A stretch of DNA of 17,943 nt from Pseudomonadota bacterium. GTDB taxonomy: Bacteria > Bdellovibrionota > FAC87 > UBA2466. This document shows, piece by piece, positions 1 through 8,713 of this stretch (position 1 is the first letter of the stretch; every line of letters begins with the position of its first letter). A program made the translations under genes and the position numbers. The stretch lies in assembly GCA_043718025.1 (NCBI GenBank), contig JAYSWN010000219.1, positions 1-17,943 of the forward strand. Reading direction: 5' to 3'. The notes beneath the pieces were generated by a model. The model was not told where the DNA came from. It saw only the letters and a list, made by a program, of their open reading frames with translations, and did no database searches.

Positions 1-7
1 TTTGGGA

Positions 8-36
8 TTTTCATTGGACCGGGAGACCGCTAGGAT
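8..36 (+). promoter_or_regulatory. Putative sigma70-type promoter for a probably leaderless MAPEG transcript
   Basis: TTTTCA (8-13), 17 bp spacer, TAGGAT (31-36), then ATG at 45. No Shine-Dalgarno in between. Confidence 0.4.
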
Positions 37-44
37 CCCCCCCT

Positions 45-440
45 ATGACCACTCCCTTTTACTGTTTGCTGGCGGCGATGATTTTCCCTTACGTAGTGAC
101 CAAATCTATTTTGGCCGTAGCCATGGCTAAGGAAGGACGAGGTTACGACAACCGCAACCCCCGCGACCAACAAGCCCGACTCACCGGCTGGGGAAAACGT
201 GCGCTAGCCGCGCAAAATAACAGCTTCGAAATTTTGCCCCTTTTTGCCAGCGGCGTTTTTATGGGCCACCTAACCAATGCAGACCCGGTAAAAAGCAGCT
301 GGATAGCAGTTGGTTTCATCGCCGCCCGTCTGCTTTACGTCGCACTCTATTTGGCCGACAAACCTACCGCCCGATCCGGCGTCTGGATGGCCGGTCTAGT
401 TTGCTGCGTAAGCCTGGCTACACTTAGTCTCTGGGGATAA
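45..440 (+). CDS. MAPEG family membrane protein
   Basis: 131 aa with several hydrophobic helices. Motifs YDNRNPRDQQARLTGWGKRALAAQNNSFE and ARLLYVALYLAD...RS are typical of bacterial MAPEG proteins. Confidence 0.9.
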   Translation: MTTPFYCLLAAMIFPYVVTKSILAVAMAKEGRGYDNRNPRDQQARLTGWGKRALAAQNNSFEILPLFASGVFMGHLTNADPVKSSWIAVGFIAARLLYVALYLADKPTARSGVWMAGLVCCVSLATLSLWG

Positions 441-1580
441 ATGTATCACCTCAAATTTGTCACTGTTTTGCTCCTCTTCCTGTGTCCTTCACTTTTTGCC
501 AAACTTCGCGCCCGCGAGTGGGGAATTCCTTTCAGCGGCCAGCCCGGCCGGCACAACGCCATCACTGACGTTAAAGGAGTGGAAGTGGGCTTCGTCACCT
601 TAAACCGCGGCGAAGGCAAACTGCAGATCGGAAAAGGGCCGGTGCGCACCGGCGTTACCGCGATTCTTCCCCGCGGCAAAGCCAGCCACGACGCTGTGTT
701 CGCGGGCTGGTTTTCACAAAATGGTAACGGCGAGATGACCGGAACCACGTGGATAGAAGAGTCGGGGTTTCTCGAAGGCCCCTTAATGATCACCAACACC
801 CATTCGGTGGGCGTGGTTCACAGCGCCACCACCGCCTGGCGAGTGAAGCAAGGTTTACCCGACAAAGTGATCTCACTCCCGGTCGTGGCCGAAACTTGGG
901 ATGGGCACCTCAATGATATAAATGGTTTTCATGTAAAAGAGAGCGACGCCCTTAAAGCGTTAGACGAAGCCAAAGGTGGTCCCCTACCCGAAGGCAACGT
1001 CGGCAGCGGAATGGGCATGATCTGCTACGAATTTAAATGCGGCATTGGCACCTCTTCGCGCGTGGTAAAAACGGACTCGGGTGAATTTACCGTCGGCATT
1101 TTGGTGCAGGCAAATCACGGCTTACGGCATCAATTGCGCATCGCCGGCATTCCCATCGGTGAACAATTTAAAAACAATCTGATTTACAGCAAGGAAAACG
1201 GTTCAATCATCGTGGTCGTGGCCACCGACGCACCGCTCCTCCCTCACCAACTAAAGCGACTCGCTCGCCGCGCCACCATGGGACTGGCTCGATCGGGAAG
1301 TGTTTCGGGAGATAGTTCGGGCGATATTTTTCTAGCCTTCTCAACCGCGAATCCCAATCTACACGGCGCCAGCAAACCAGCCCGCTTAACCATGTTGCCG
1401 AACCAACAGATGGACGCTCTTTTTGCGGCAACCGTCGATGGCGTAGATGAAGCGATTGTAAACAGTTTGGTGGCGGCCGAAACGGTTAGCGGAGCGGATC
1501 CGAAACCGGTTGTGGCGTTACCCATGGATCGAGTGGTTCAGATACTTGAAGCGCACCGTCGTCTGACTCCTCGGCGGTAG
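441..1580 (+). CDS. DmpA-like L-aminopeptidase/D-esterase (peptidase S58/P1), with predicted signal peptide
   Basis: Motifs NAITDVKGVEVG, GPVRTGVTAILP, NGNGEMTG, PVVAETWDGHLNDI, EGNVGSG, autocleavage G|SIIVVVATDAPL and SGDIFLAFST. Hydrophobic N-terminus ends in SLFA. The ATG directly follows the MAPEG stop. Confidence 0.93.
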   Translation: MYHLKFVTVLLLFLCPSLFAKLRAREWGIPFSGQPGRHNAITDVKGVEVGFVTLNRGEGKLQIGKGPVRTGVTAILPRGKASHDAVFAGWFSQNGNGEMTGTTWIEESGFLEGPLMITNTHSVGVVHSATTAWRVKQGLPDKVISLPVVAETWDGHLNDINGFHVKESDALKALDEAKGGPLPEGNVGSGMGMICYEFKCGIGTSSRVVKTDSGEFTVGILVQANHGLRHQLRIAGIPIGEQFKNNLIYSKENGSIIVVVATDAPLLPHQLKRLARRATMGLARSGSVSGDSSGDIFLAFSTANPNLHGASKPARLTMLPNQQMDALFAATVDGVDEAIVNSLVAAETVSGADPKPVVALPMDRVVQILEAHRRLTPRR

Positions 1581-2676
1581 GTAGCCGCTTGGACGGGTCA
1601 GCCATTCTAATCTTGGCGGTGCATACGTCTTTATTCTTGGCGAGTGAACGCAAGACGGTGCGGGTAGACGTCCATTCGGTGGCCGAAGTCTGTAACCCTT
1701 GGTTGGCGTAGCTCTCGCACATCCCCCATTTTTTTGCGGAAAGCGCGGCCCCCGAAAGATCGGCCAAGAAGTTAAGACGGCGTTCTTCGCCGAAAGTGGT
1801 GAGACACCGTTCGTAGAAACCGCTCCAATGCTCCAACGCCTTCAAGTAGCCCTTGGTCTTTAGCTTCGCCAGAAAATTCTGGCGTTCAAGATCCAGACTA
1901 TCACCACGGCATTCGCCAACCTTTATCGCCAACTGCGGTAGGCAGGCCCACGTCCCCTGTTCTCCCAACGCCCTAAAAAATCGTTCGCCCTTTAAACGCG
2001 TAAGGGCCATCGCCTGAAAGTCTTTATAACTGCCATTGAGGCCGCTCGGCTGGGTCGCCACCAAGGCCAAGACGTCTTCAATTCCGTCGCCATTAAAATC
2101 TCCCCACACCGCGAACATGGCCGTAATGGCTTCATCTTTGTCTTGAAAAACCAATTCGTCTTTATCGGCGCGCACCACGGTTTTTTGGGGTGAAAAACTT
2201 TTCCAACTGGTGAGCGTGCCCATCGCTTTATCGACGGAATCGCGGTACCCCTCCACGCCGCCCATCCCCCCCACGCAAGGAGGTAGCTCGTTGATCGAAG
2301 CGATATGAAACACGTAGTCTTTTAAGTAACTCTCTTTCGAGGGCTTGGCCTCAACGATCCGTCGCAACGACTCGCAGCGAAAACGAAAGCGGTGCTCTTT
2401 CAGCCGGTCGCGGTTGGACTGGGGCCAGTAGTGAAGGTCGCGAGCGGCAAGATAGTCTTCGCAAGTTTTCACTTCGATCTTTTTTGATTCGCCGTCCGCC
2501 GTTTTCCAGACCAATCGCAATGGACTGTCTGACTCCTCGTCAGAACGCCAAGAGATCAGGGTTTGCGCCTTTTGTACCGATTCAATATCGCGCAAGAAAC
2601 CGCTGCGACTCCAACGGGGCGCAATCTCACCGAAAGCTGAAGTGGCAGAAAGCAAAATGAGAAATAGAGTTTTCAT
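1486..2676 (-). CDS. Secreted hypothetical protein with a DxDxDG (FG-GAP-like) Ca-binding loop and a Cys-containing helical C-terminal region
   Basis: Long ORF with signal peptide MKTLFLILLSATSAFG and motif WGDFNGDGIEDVL. ATG at 2676 overlaps the upstream gene's TGA (TGATG). The 3' end overlaps the DmpA gene by 95 bp. Confidence 0.75.
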   Translation of the reverse strand: MKTLFLILLSATSAFGEIAPRWSRSGFLRDIESVQKAQTLISWRSDEESDSPLRLVWKTADGESKKIEVKTCEDYLAARDLHYWPQSNRDRLKEHRFRFRCESLRRIVEAKPSKESYLKDYVFHIASINELPPCVGGMGGVEGYRDSVDKAMGTLTSWKSFSPQKTVVRADKDELVFQDKDEAITAMFAVWGDFNGDGIEDVLALVATQPSGLNGSYKDFQAMALTRLKGERFFRALGEQGTWACLPQLAIKVGECRGDSLDLERQNFLAKLKTKGYLKALEHWSGFYERCLTTFGEERRLNFLADLSGAALSAKKWGMCESYANQGLQTSATEWTSTRTVLRSLAKNKDVCTAKIRMADPSKRLPTAEESDDGALQVSEPLDPWVTPQPVSDPLR

Positions 2677-4508
2677 CAATAAAAAACAAAATCCGCAAAC
2701 TGCATCAGGATAGGCAGCTTTTTTGGCGACAGTGCATAGCTACCGAACAGCCGGGTACGGGTTCTCGCTTTGGAAATCGCCCGACCGAGCTTGGCATCCA
2801 AGTCAGGGGTGCAGAGCGCCCGTTCAAAATCGGCCAACGCACCCTCTTTATTGCCCCGGCTCGAATGCACACGGCCGCGGTAATAGTACGCCATTGCCCG
2901 CAAGTGCGACGGATCGCCAAAACCGATTACGTGCGACAAGCCGGCGACTGCCTCCCCCCACCGTTCGGTCTTTAACGCAAAGATGGCCTCCACAAAGTGG
3001 TAAGTTGGGTTTTCAGGATCTAGCTCTGTGCAACGCAAAAGATGTTGGTAAGCCGTTTCGTTGGCGCAATCGAACTCGTAAGCCATCTTCGCTTTAATGT
3101 AATGTGAAACCGCCTGCGATAGTGGCGTATTGTTTTTCTTTAGCGGGTGCGCTTCGATCGCCTCCGCGGGCATTTTTTCAAATGGTTTTTTCCAATCTCC
3201 GAAAAGCGGAAAGGCGAGCCATTCATTCTGGGAAGTGGGGGCCATGCCCTGCCCGACCCACATGCGATCTTTGTTGGGTTCAAAAATAGTGGCGCCCACG
3301 GTGATGTGAACCGCCACCGTAGCCCCGATACCGCGATCTTTACCGAGCCACGGATCAAAGCTGTCGCCCATGATTGAAGCCGCAATTTTTGGCGTGACCT
3401 GGCCCGCTTCGCGAACCCGTTCGCTCATTCTCAGATAGCGGCCCCGAGTGTCTTCATCGACCGAGCGATTCACAAAAAGATTAGAGTTTTCTAAGTAAGA
3501 GAAGTGATTGCTCAAAAAATGTTTATCGTCGAATGACTCGGTCACCGCCACGCGCTGATTGGTTACCTCCAGAGTCGCCACCCGTTTCTCGTGGGTACTC
3601 GAAAGAACGAACGCCCAACCTAAGGTGACACGCTTTTGTCGAAAGGCGTGAACGACTTCATCGAAAGTGGTGGCGTGGCGGATGATGTCGTTCACCACAA
3701 AGTACATCGGCGTGCCTTCGAACGAAGTTTCTTCGGTAGGAATCAAATGGGCCGCCAAATAAATTCCTGATTCATTCATTGCGGTCAACGAAGGAGGGTG
3801 CAGACCGGCCGTACCCAATGACAGGTAACGCTGACCACCATCGGCGGGTTCAAAATAGGTTACCAGAGGATGCGCGTCGAAATAGCCGTTCAAAGGGTAA
3901 TCCAAATTGCGTCCGATAATGAGATCACCATCGACGCTGTGCTTTCCCCAAGTGGCGAACGACGAACAACCGGCGAACGCCATCGAACCAGGATCGATCG
4001 TGCCCGAACGCGTAGCGTACTTTGCCAAGATGTAGAGCGCCTCCATCACGATCATTGAATTGGAAATGTGGTGCAACGCCAACCCGGAGCCTTCGCTCAG
4101 GGCAAAACTCTCGACCAACGATTCCCACGGCATGTGCTCGCGCAGCCGGTGGCCAAAATAGTCAACGAGCGCGATCACCAGTTTGTTAAGCAGCGGATTG
4201 GTACTAATTGAATTTTCGAGGTGATTGGGAATGGTTTTGGAGAGCTGCATCAGCACCCCCTCACTGACCTGTTTGCTTAGCAACTTGCCGTGCTGAAACG
4301 CCATTTCAAACGCATCGCCCTTTACGAATAGGGCGTAAGTGTCGCCGCGCTTATACAACCGCGCTTTGTCGAAGGTCCACGCATTGTCGCCCACCTTCTG
4401 CACTTCGGCCCGGTACAGATGCCGGTATCTCTTTTTAAGTTCACGGAAGAGCCTAAGGCTCGAAACAAAAGTTGTGGTCTGGACGCTGATTTTGGCTCGC
4501 GACTGCAT
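2676..4508 (-). CDS. C45-family Ntn cysteine amidohydrolase/acyltransferase with C-terminal TPR repeats
   Basis: KGDAFEMAFQHGKLL alpha-chain motif, G|CSSFATWG (Cys181 nucleophile), GRNLDY, AMNESG and SNHF. TPR-like C-terminus (AYYYRGRVHSSRGNKEGALADFERAL). Confidence 0.88.
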   Translation of the reverse strand: MQSRAKISVQTTTFVSSLRLFRELKKRYRHLYRAEVQKVGDNAWTFDKARLYKRGDTYALFVKGDAFEMAFQHGKLLSKQVSEGVLMQLSKTIPNHLENSISTNPLLNKLVIALVDYFGHRLREHMPWESLVESFALSEGSGLALHHISNSMIVMEALYILAKYATRSGTIDPGSMAFAGCSSFATWGKHSVDGDLIIGRNLDYPLNGYFDAHPLVTYFEPADGGQRYLSLGTAGLHPPSLTAMNESGIYLAAHLIPTEETSFEGTPMYFVVNDIIRHATTFDEVVHAFRQKRVTLGWAFVLSSTHEKRVATLEVTNQRVAVTESFDDKHFLSNHFSYLENSNLFVNRSVDEDTRGRYLRMSERVREAGQVTPKIAASIMGDSFDPWLGKDRGIGATVAVHITVGATIFEPNKDRMWVGQGMAPTSQNEWLAFPLFGDWKKPFEKMPAEAIEAHPLKKNNTPLSQAVSHYIKAKMAYEFDCANETAYQHLLRCTELDPENPTYHFVEAIFALKTERWGEAVAGLSHVIGFGDPSHLRAMAYYYRGRVHSSRGNKEGALADFERALCTPDLDAKLGRAISKARTRTRLFGSYALSPKKLPILMQFADFVFY

Positions 4509-4514
4509 GAAAGG

Positions 4515-4542
4515 TTATCGGCATAACCCGGGGTTCTCCGAA
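4515..4542 (-). promoter_or_regulatory. Putative sigma-28 (FliA)-type promoter, leaderless
   Basis: Minus strand reads TTCGG-N15-GCCGATAA-N6-ATG. The -10 is an exact match to the sigma-28 consensus but the -35 is divergent. It sits within the palindrome GGTTAT-N4-ATAACC (4513-4528). Confidence 0.45.
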
Positions 4543-4707
4543 GCCCTGCTTTGGGCAGCGTCCCCCACCCTTTTCGGTTGTGATGTTCATAAGGTGCAGG
4601 GCTTACGGCCCGTCGCGTTAACATTTGTTCGGGTTAAAAATGGGGGAGGGCATCGAAACACTTGCCGCCTCGTGACATAGCCGTTAGCTAAAAACTAAGG
4701 GGTAATT

Positions 4708-5679
4708 TTGCAACAGGTTAAGGGGTTTTTCTTCGCTCTTATCATTGGCTTCGGTCTCACGTTGGCTAGTTCTGCCCATTCAGCGGAAGCGGACGATGGT
4801 GAGGCAGACTATTGTGAACTTCTCTTAGAATTCTTTGGCGCCGATGAAATGCATCATCGGCTTACCCAGCGTAACCTTCCCGTTCCCAAGTCACTCAGCG
4901 CCCGGCGAGAAGAGTTGCGTAAAATGGTTTTCGTTTCCTCGCCGAGCCGACCTATCGGTAAACCTGCCGCGACCCGCAGCGATGACGACGCCCTCAGCTT
5001 TGAAGCCTATCGTGAATGGACTCCGGACGACGAAGGGGATGAAAGCGAATGGTCGCCCGAGCGCGAACGTGAAGGTGAAAAACCCAACCCAGTAGAAGGC
5101 CAACACTTTAGTTGGGAAAAACAACTAAACCAATTGGAAGAGTACCTCTCCCATCATGAACCCGGCGATGCCGAAGCCCGAGCCGATGCTGTCTTTCGCC
5201 GTTTTCTCGTCAATGGCTTCTTCGCCAGCGGGAGGTTTAAGAACACTCTCGAACGACTGGGCGTGATGGAGCCCACTCAGCAAGTGCTGACCTTGGAGCT
5301 GTGGGCACATAATTTGACCCGCACCAACACCACCGAACCCGCCCCAGAAGCCCTGGCACTCTTTGCCGCCGTAGTGAACTCACCGTCGGATGAAGTGTTA
5401 AATACTCTTTCTCTTTTGAACCTAAATTCGCAAACCGTTTCGCCGCATGCGCAGATTCGAACGCTGCATGAGGTGATCGACAGCCTTGCGGCCGGACGAG
5501 CTGGAACCACTCCGGACCAACTGCTTATTGAGCTACAGAAATTTAGAAGAGGGGAAAACCACCCTTACCCAACCGAAACTTTCGGTAAGCTATTGGTCTA
5601 CTACTTCAGCGGTGATGAACTCACCCAAATCCAAAATGCAAAGAGTTTAGGCGATTTTCTTTCGACGCATCCGAATTGA
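4708..5679 (+). CDS. Secreted hypothetical protein
   Basis: 323 aa ORF with a TTG start preceded by AAGGGG. Signal peptide ends in AHSA, followed by an acidic linker and a helical C-terminal region. No family recognised. Confidence 0.75.
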   Translation: MQQVKGFFFALIIGFGLTLASSAHSAEADDGEADYCELLLEFFGADEMHHRLTQRNLPVPKSLSARREELRKMVFVSSPSRPIGKPAATRSDDDALSFEAYREWTPDDEGDESEWSPEREREGEKPNPVEGQHFSWEKQLNQLEEYLSHHEPGDAEARADAVFRRFLVNGFFASGRFKNTLERLGVMEPTQQVLTLELWAHNLTRTNTTEPAPEALALFAAVVNSPSDEVLNTLSLLNLNSQTVSPHAQIRTLHEVIDSLAAGRAGTTPDQLLIELQKFRRGENHPYPTETFGKLLVYYFSGDELTQIQNAKSLGDFLSTHPN

Positions 5680-5692
5680 ATGGGCCGAAAAA

Positions 5693-6880
5693 CTAAAGGC
5701 CGAGACCGCGGTAGGTGGGTACTTTTTCTACCAGTTTGTCGCCCCGAAACAGAAAATAGTGCGTGAACTGTTCGGCGATTTCACCGGCTTTGGCACTTCG
5801 AAAGAAGACCGGATCTCCCACCGCCAGAGAGACTCCTTTGGGCACGGCAAACGGAGTTTGCACCTCTCCGAAACCCTCATCGGGAAGTGGTTTAAGCCCC
5901 TGGGGCAAATAGACAACTGGGCACTTCTCCCAACCCGGAGAGCCACTTGCGATAAAACCACCGCCGTGACAGGTAATAAATCCAACGTCAGGAATTCTCG
6001 TTACCCGTAAAGAAAAAAAACTGGCCGGCTCATTGCGATTGGCCCCGTAATAGTCAAAGAGGTGCGACTGCAAAAAACCAGAACCCACCGCCACTTCGGT
6101 TACCGAAGGGTCTTCCAGGCTGGCTTGGAGGCTGCCGGTGCCGCCTCCGTTAAAAAACTCGAGCGACAACCCCTGGCGACGAATCTCTTGCGCCACTTCA
6201 AAACGCCTCTTCTCGACTTGCGGTCGACTTACTGTCTTTAAAATTTTAGCAACCCAGCTCATCGCCCGCTTAAAAGGGCTGGCGTCGCAAAGCCCGGCAA
6301 TCTGCGCTTCGTAGCCCATCACCCCGGCCAACGTGACTGAAGAAGAGTTTTGCACCCGGCGCAAAAGGGTTTGGAAGCGCACCAAATCAGTTAGCGGTGA
6401 ACGCCGAACGCCAAAATGCAACCCGCCGAGGGGGCGATAACTCACATCGATATCAATACAAATTTTCGCTTTTACGTCGGGCGGAAACGCCAACTCAATT
6501 AAATCGATGTGTGCGCTCTCGTCGACAAGCAGGCAAATCGACTTGCCTTTTTTAATCCACTCCGCAATTGGTTTAAGCTCGGCCTCGGTGACCACCGGGT
6601 AGGCCATCATTAAATTGTCTTCACCACACTCCGCCAGTAAACACACTTCGGCGGCGCTGTAGCACATTAAGCCGGAAATAACGCCGTGGCTACGATCGCG
6701 GAGGTAACGAATGAGGTAGGGCACGCGCACTGATTTGGTAGCAAGCCGAATCTTCTTCTTTGCATTTAAGGCAGACGCCACCACGCGATCTAAGTTGCGA
6801 TCGAGCGCATCGAGGTCAACCCAGAAAGAAGGCATTGGCGCGTTAGCTACCAGCGCTTTAAGTGAATCGTAGGTCTGCAT
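5693..6880 (-). CDS. Fold-type III PLP enzyme (alanine racemase N-domain; D-threonine aldolase/DSD1-like)
   Basis: Motifs VDLDALDRN, RLATKSVR (PLP lysine), GVMGYEAQIAG, NGGGTGS, TEVAVGSG, EGFGEVQTP and KAGEIAE. Start reassigned to ATG 6880, which overlaps the upstream TAA (TAATG). Confidence 0.9.
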   Translation of the reverse strand: MQTYDSLKALVANAPMPSFWVDLDALDRNLDRVVASALNAKKKIRLATKSVRVPYLIRYLRDRSHGVISGLMCYSAAEVCLLAECGEDNLMMAYPVVTEAELKPIAEWIKKGKSICLLVDESAHIDLIELAFPPDVKAKICIDIDVSYRPLGGLHFGVRRSPLTDLVRFQTLLRRVQNSSSVTLAGVMGYEAQIAGLCDASPFKRAMSWVAKILKTVSRPQVEKRRFEVAQEIRRQGLSLEFFNGGGTGSLQASLEDPSVTEVAVGSGFLQSHLFDYYGANRNEPASFFSLRVTRIPDVGFITCHGGGFIASGSPGWEKCPVVYLPQGLKPLPDEGFGEVQTPFAVPKGVSLAVGDPVFFRSAKAGEIAEQFTHYFLFRGDKLVEKVPTYRGLGL

Positions 6881-7260
6881 TACTGCCGCGCCACTCCCTG
6901 CACGGAGGTAACGTACCCCAGCGCTTTTCGAATTTCGGCGTCGGAGTAGTACAACGAATAAATAAAACCCTTGAGCCCGATTTGCAGCAGACGGAGCAAC
7001 GGCGCGATAAATTTTGGCCAACGATTTGCGGTATCCACCAGCTTAATCAACAGGCGGGCGACACCCCCCGGAAAAATGCCAAGCCAATAGAGCAACGTGC
7101 CAAGCCCCGCTTGATCTTCGGCGGTGAGGTACCCATAACAACGATCGGCATTGGCCAACGCCTTCGACGACGAGAACGACGGAAGTTTGGCGGTGCCCGG
7201 ACAGAGCACGTTGCCAAGTTTGGTCACGCCACGGAGCTGCCATTTATTGAGTGCCGGCAA
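6880..7260 (-). CDS. Small GMC-associated protein (resembles gluconate-2-dehydrogenase subunit-3-like partner)
   Basis: TTG at 7260 preceded by a strong SD (GAGGAGG); 126 aa. C-terminal LKGFIYSLYYSDAEIRKALGY resembles GMC partner subunits. Overlaps both neighbouring genes. Confidence 0.7.
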   Translation of the reverse strand: MPALNKWQLRGVTKLGNVLCPGTAKLPSFSSSKALANADRCYGYLTAEDQAGLGTLLYWLGIFPGGVARLLIKLVDTANRWPKFIAPLLRLLQIGLKGFIYSLYYSDAEIRKALGYVTSVQGVARQ

Positions 7261-8671
7261 TGCGCCCCTCCTCTTCTTTAACCCAAAGCCCCGCCGCCCG
7301 TAACGACATCGCCATGATCGTAAGCGAGGGGTTGATGCCCGGTGCGTTGGGGAAAATGCTGGAGTCGGAAACCCGAATGCGCGGAAAGCCGTGTAACTTG
7401 AAATCGGGTCCAACCACCGAAGTTTTTGGGTTAGCCCCAATCGCGCAACCGCCCATCAGGTGTAAACCAATCGCCGTATCGCCAATCCAAACCTCTTTGG
7501 CTCCGGTCTTTTCGTAAATTTTTCGGATGGCAACCACCCCGGCCCGCATGCGGATGTGATCTTGCTGGCCCAAAGACTTTTCAATGAAAAGTTTTCCGCT
7601 TTTTGTGAGCCGTATCTTTCCTGGCGAAACATCGCGAATGGCCACTTCTATGCACGCTAAATTTCGAAGACTCTCCATCCACGCTTGATGCCTGCCGCCG
7701 GTGTAGGGGCAAAGCATGGCGAGACCGACCGGCGGCGCAAAAACATTTTCTAGTTTAAAGCCCGCCTTTCTAAAATTAGGGTCATCTGACTTTAAGGTTT
7801 GGAAAGGGCCGCGAAAACTATCGACGACCTCTTCGTACCGACCAAACGTCATCAGCTGCGGATGACTGTAAAAACCCTTTCCCAACTCAGGAATCTTGTC
7901 GCCGTAACCGGACTGCAAAAGCAGACGCGTATTGCCCATCGCTCCCGCCGCCAAAACAATGTGGCGCGAGCGAAAGGTTTCGCGGCGGCCATCGGTAAAG
8001 TTTCCCGAGACCCAAACTTCATCGTGCTTCTCTTCGATAAGGTCAGCCTCGAAAGTGGGAATTAATTTCAGCCCCAAGCCGAGGGCCCTTTTCAGCACGG
8101 TCACCGGCATGCTCTGCTTAGAGTCGCGGCGGCAACCATTTAAGCACTCAATGCAGTCATTGCCTTGATCCCAGGCGCAGTCTTTTTGGGCCCGGCGAAG
8201 TGGCTTGCATTTAAAATCGTTCGCCGCGAAGCCGGCTTGAAAAATGTGCGCGTTGCGATTCCAGGCCGAGGCCGGTGTCTCCTCCAGGTGCAGCTCTTTT
8301 TCGACTCGCTCGTAAAACGGTAAGAATGTCTCGAGTGAAAAATCGTCGATACCGGTGGCTTGGTGCCAGGAATGAAACGCTTCAGAATCAAAACGATCCA
8401 TCAAAGCCTGATTCACAATCGACCCGCCCCCCACCACCTTCGGCCTCAATAAACCGATGCTGGCATCGTGGTTAAGCTCGATGCCTCCCCCCCAATAAAG
8501 GCGGCCGTTGCCGTCGATTTCGTCAGTGGGGTAGCTGGTACGGTCGAGCCACTCACCAGCTTCGAGCATGAGGCATCGCCAACCGTGTGAAACCAACTCT
8601 TTGGCCACAAAAGATCCGGACACCCCGGAACCAATAATTAGGGCATCAAATAATGTAGGTTCCAAGGGCAT
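7244..8671 (-). CDS. GMC family FAD oxidoreductase (long-chain alcohol oxidase-like)
   Basis: FAD motif IIGSGVSG, VVGGGSIVN, Cys cluster CAWDQGNDCIECLNGC, LAAGA, active-site HLMGGC, and DSSIFPNAPGINPSLTIMA. Confidence 0.93.
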   Translation of the reverse strand: MPLEPTLFDALIIGSGVSGSFVAKELVSHGWRCLMLEAGEWLDRTSYPTDEIDGNGRLYWGGGIELNHDASIGLLRPKVVGGGSIVNQALMDRFDSEAFHSWHQATGIDDFSLETFLPFYERVEKELHLEETPASAWNRNAHIFQAGFAANDFKCKPLRRAQKDCAWDQGNDCIECLNGCRRDSKQSMPVTVLKRALGLGLKLIPTFEADLIEEKHDEVWVSGNFTDGRRETFRSRHIVLAAGAMGNTRLLLQSGYGDKIPELGKGFYSHPQLMTFGRYEEVVDSFRGPFQTLKSDDPNFRKAGFKLENVFAPPVGLAMLCPYTGGRHQAWMESLRNLACIEVAIRDVSPGKIRLTKSGKLFIEKSLGQQDHIRMRAGVVAIRKIYEKTGAKEVWIGDTAIGLHLMGGCAIGANPKTSVVGPDFKLHGFPRIRVSDSSIFPNAPGINPSLTIMAMSLRAAGLWVKEEEGRIAGTQ

Positions 8672-8681
8672 GACGTGTGCA

Positions 8682-8713
8682 GTAAATTTACCGCGCTTTG
8701 GTCGGGTTGTCAG
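8682..8713 (-). promoter_or_regulatory. Putative sigma70 promoter of the GMC operon with an overlapping palindrome
   Basis: Minus strand CTGACA (8708-8713), 17 bp, TAAATT (8685-8690). The perfect palindrome GTAAATTTAC (8682-8691) covers the -10. Confidence 0.4.

Noticed and set aside
4561..4647. TCCCCCA/TGGGGGA long-range pairing as a structured RNA
   Set aside because: Only 7 bp of low-complexity pairing, with no supporting internal structure recognised.
6013..6020. A8 homopolymer as a phase-variation site
   Set aside because: The frame is intact, the run encodes ordinary Ser-Phe-Phe-Ser codons, and it is short.
6881..7021. N-terminal extension of the PLP enzyme ORF
   Set aside because: It lies inside the small partner gene. 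The TAATG junction supports a start at 6880.
7261..7440. N-terminal extension of the 186-aa ORF
   Set aside because: It is in an alternate frame of the GMC 3' end. A strong SD supports TTG 7260.
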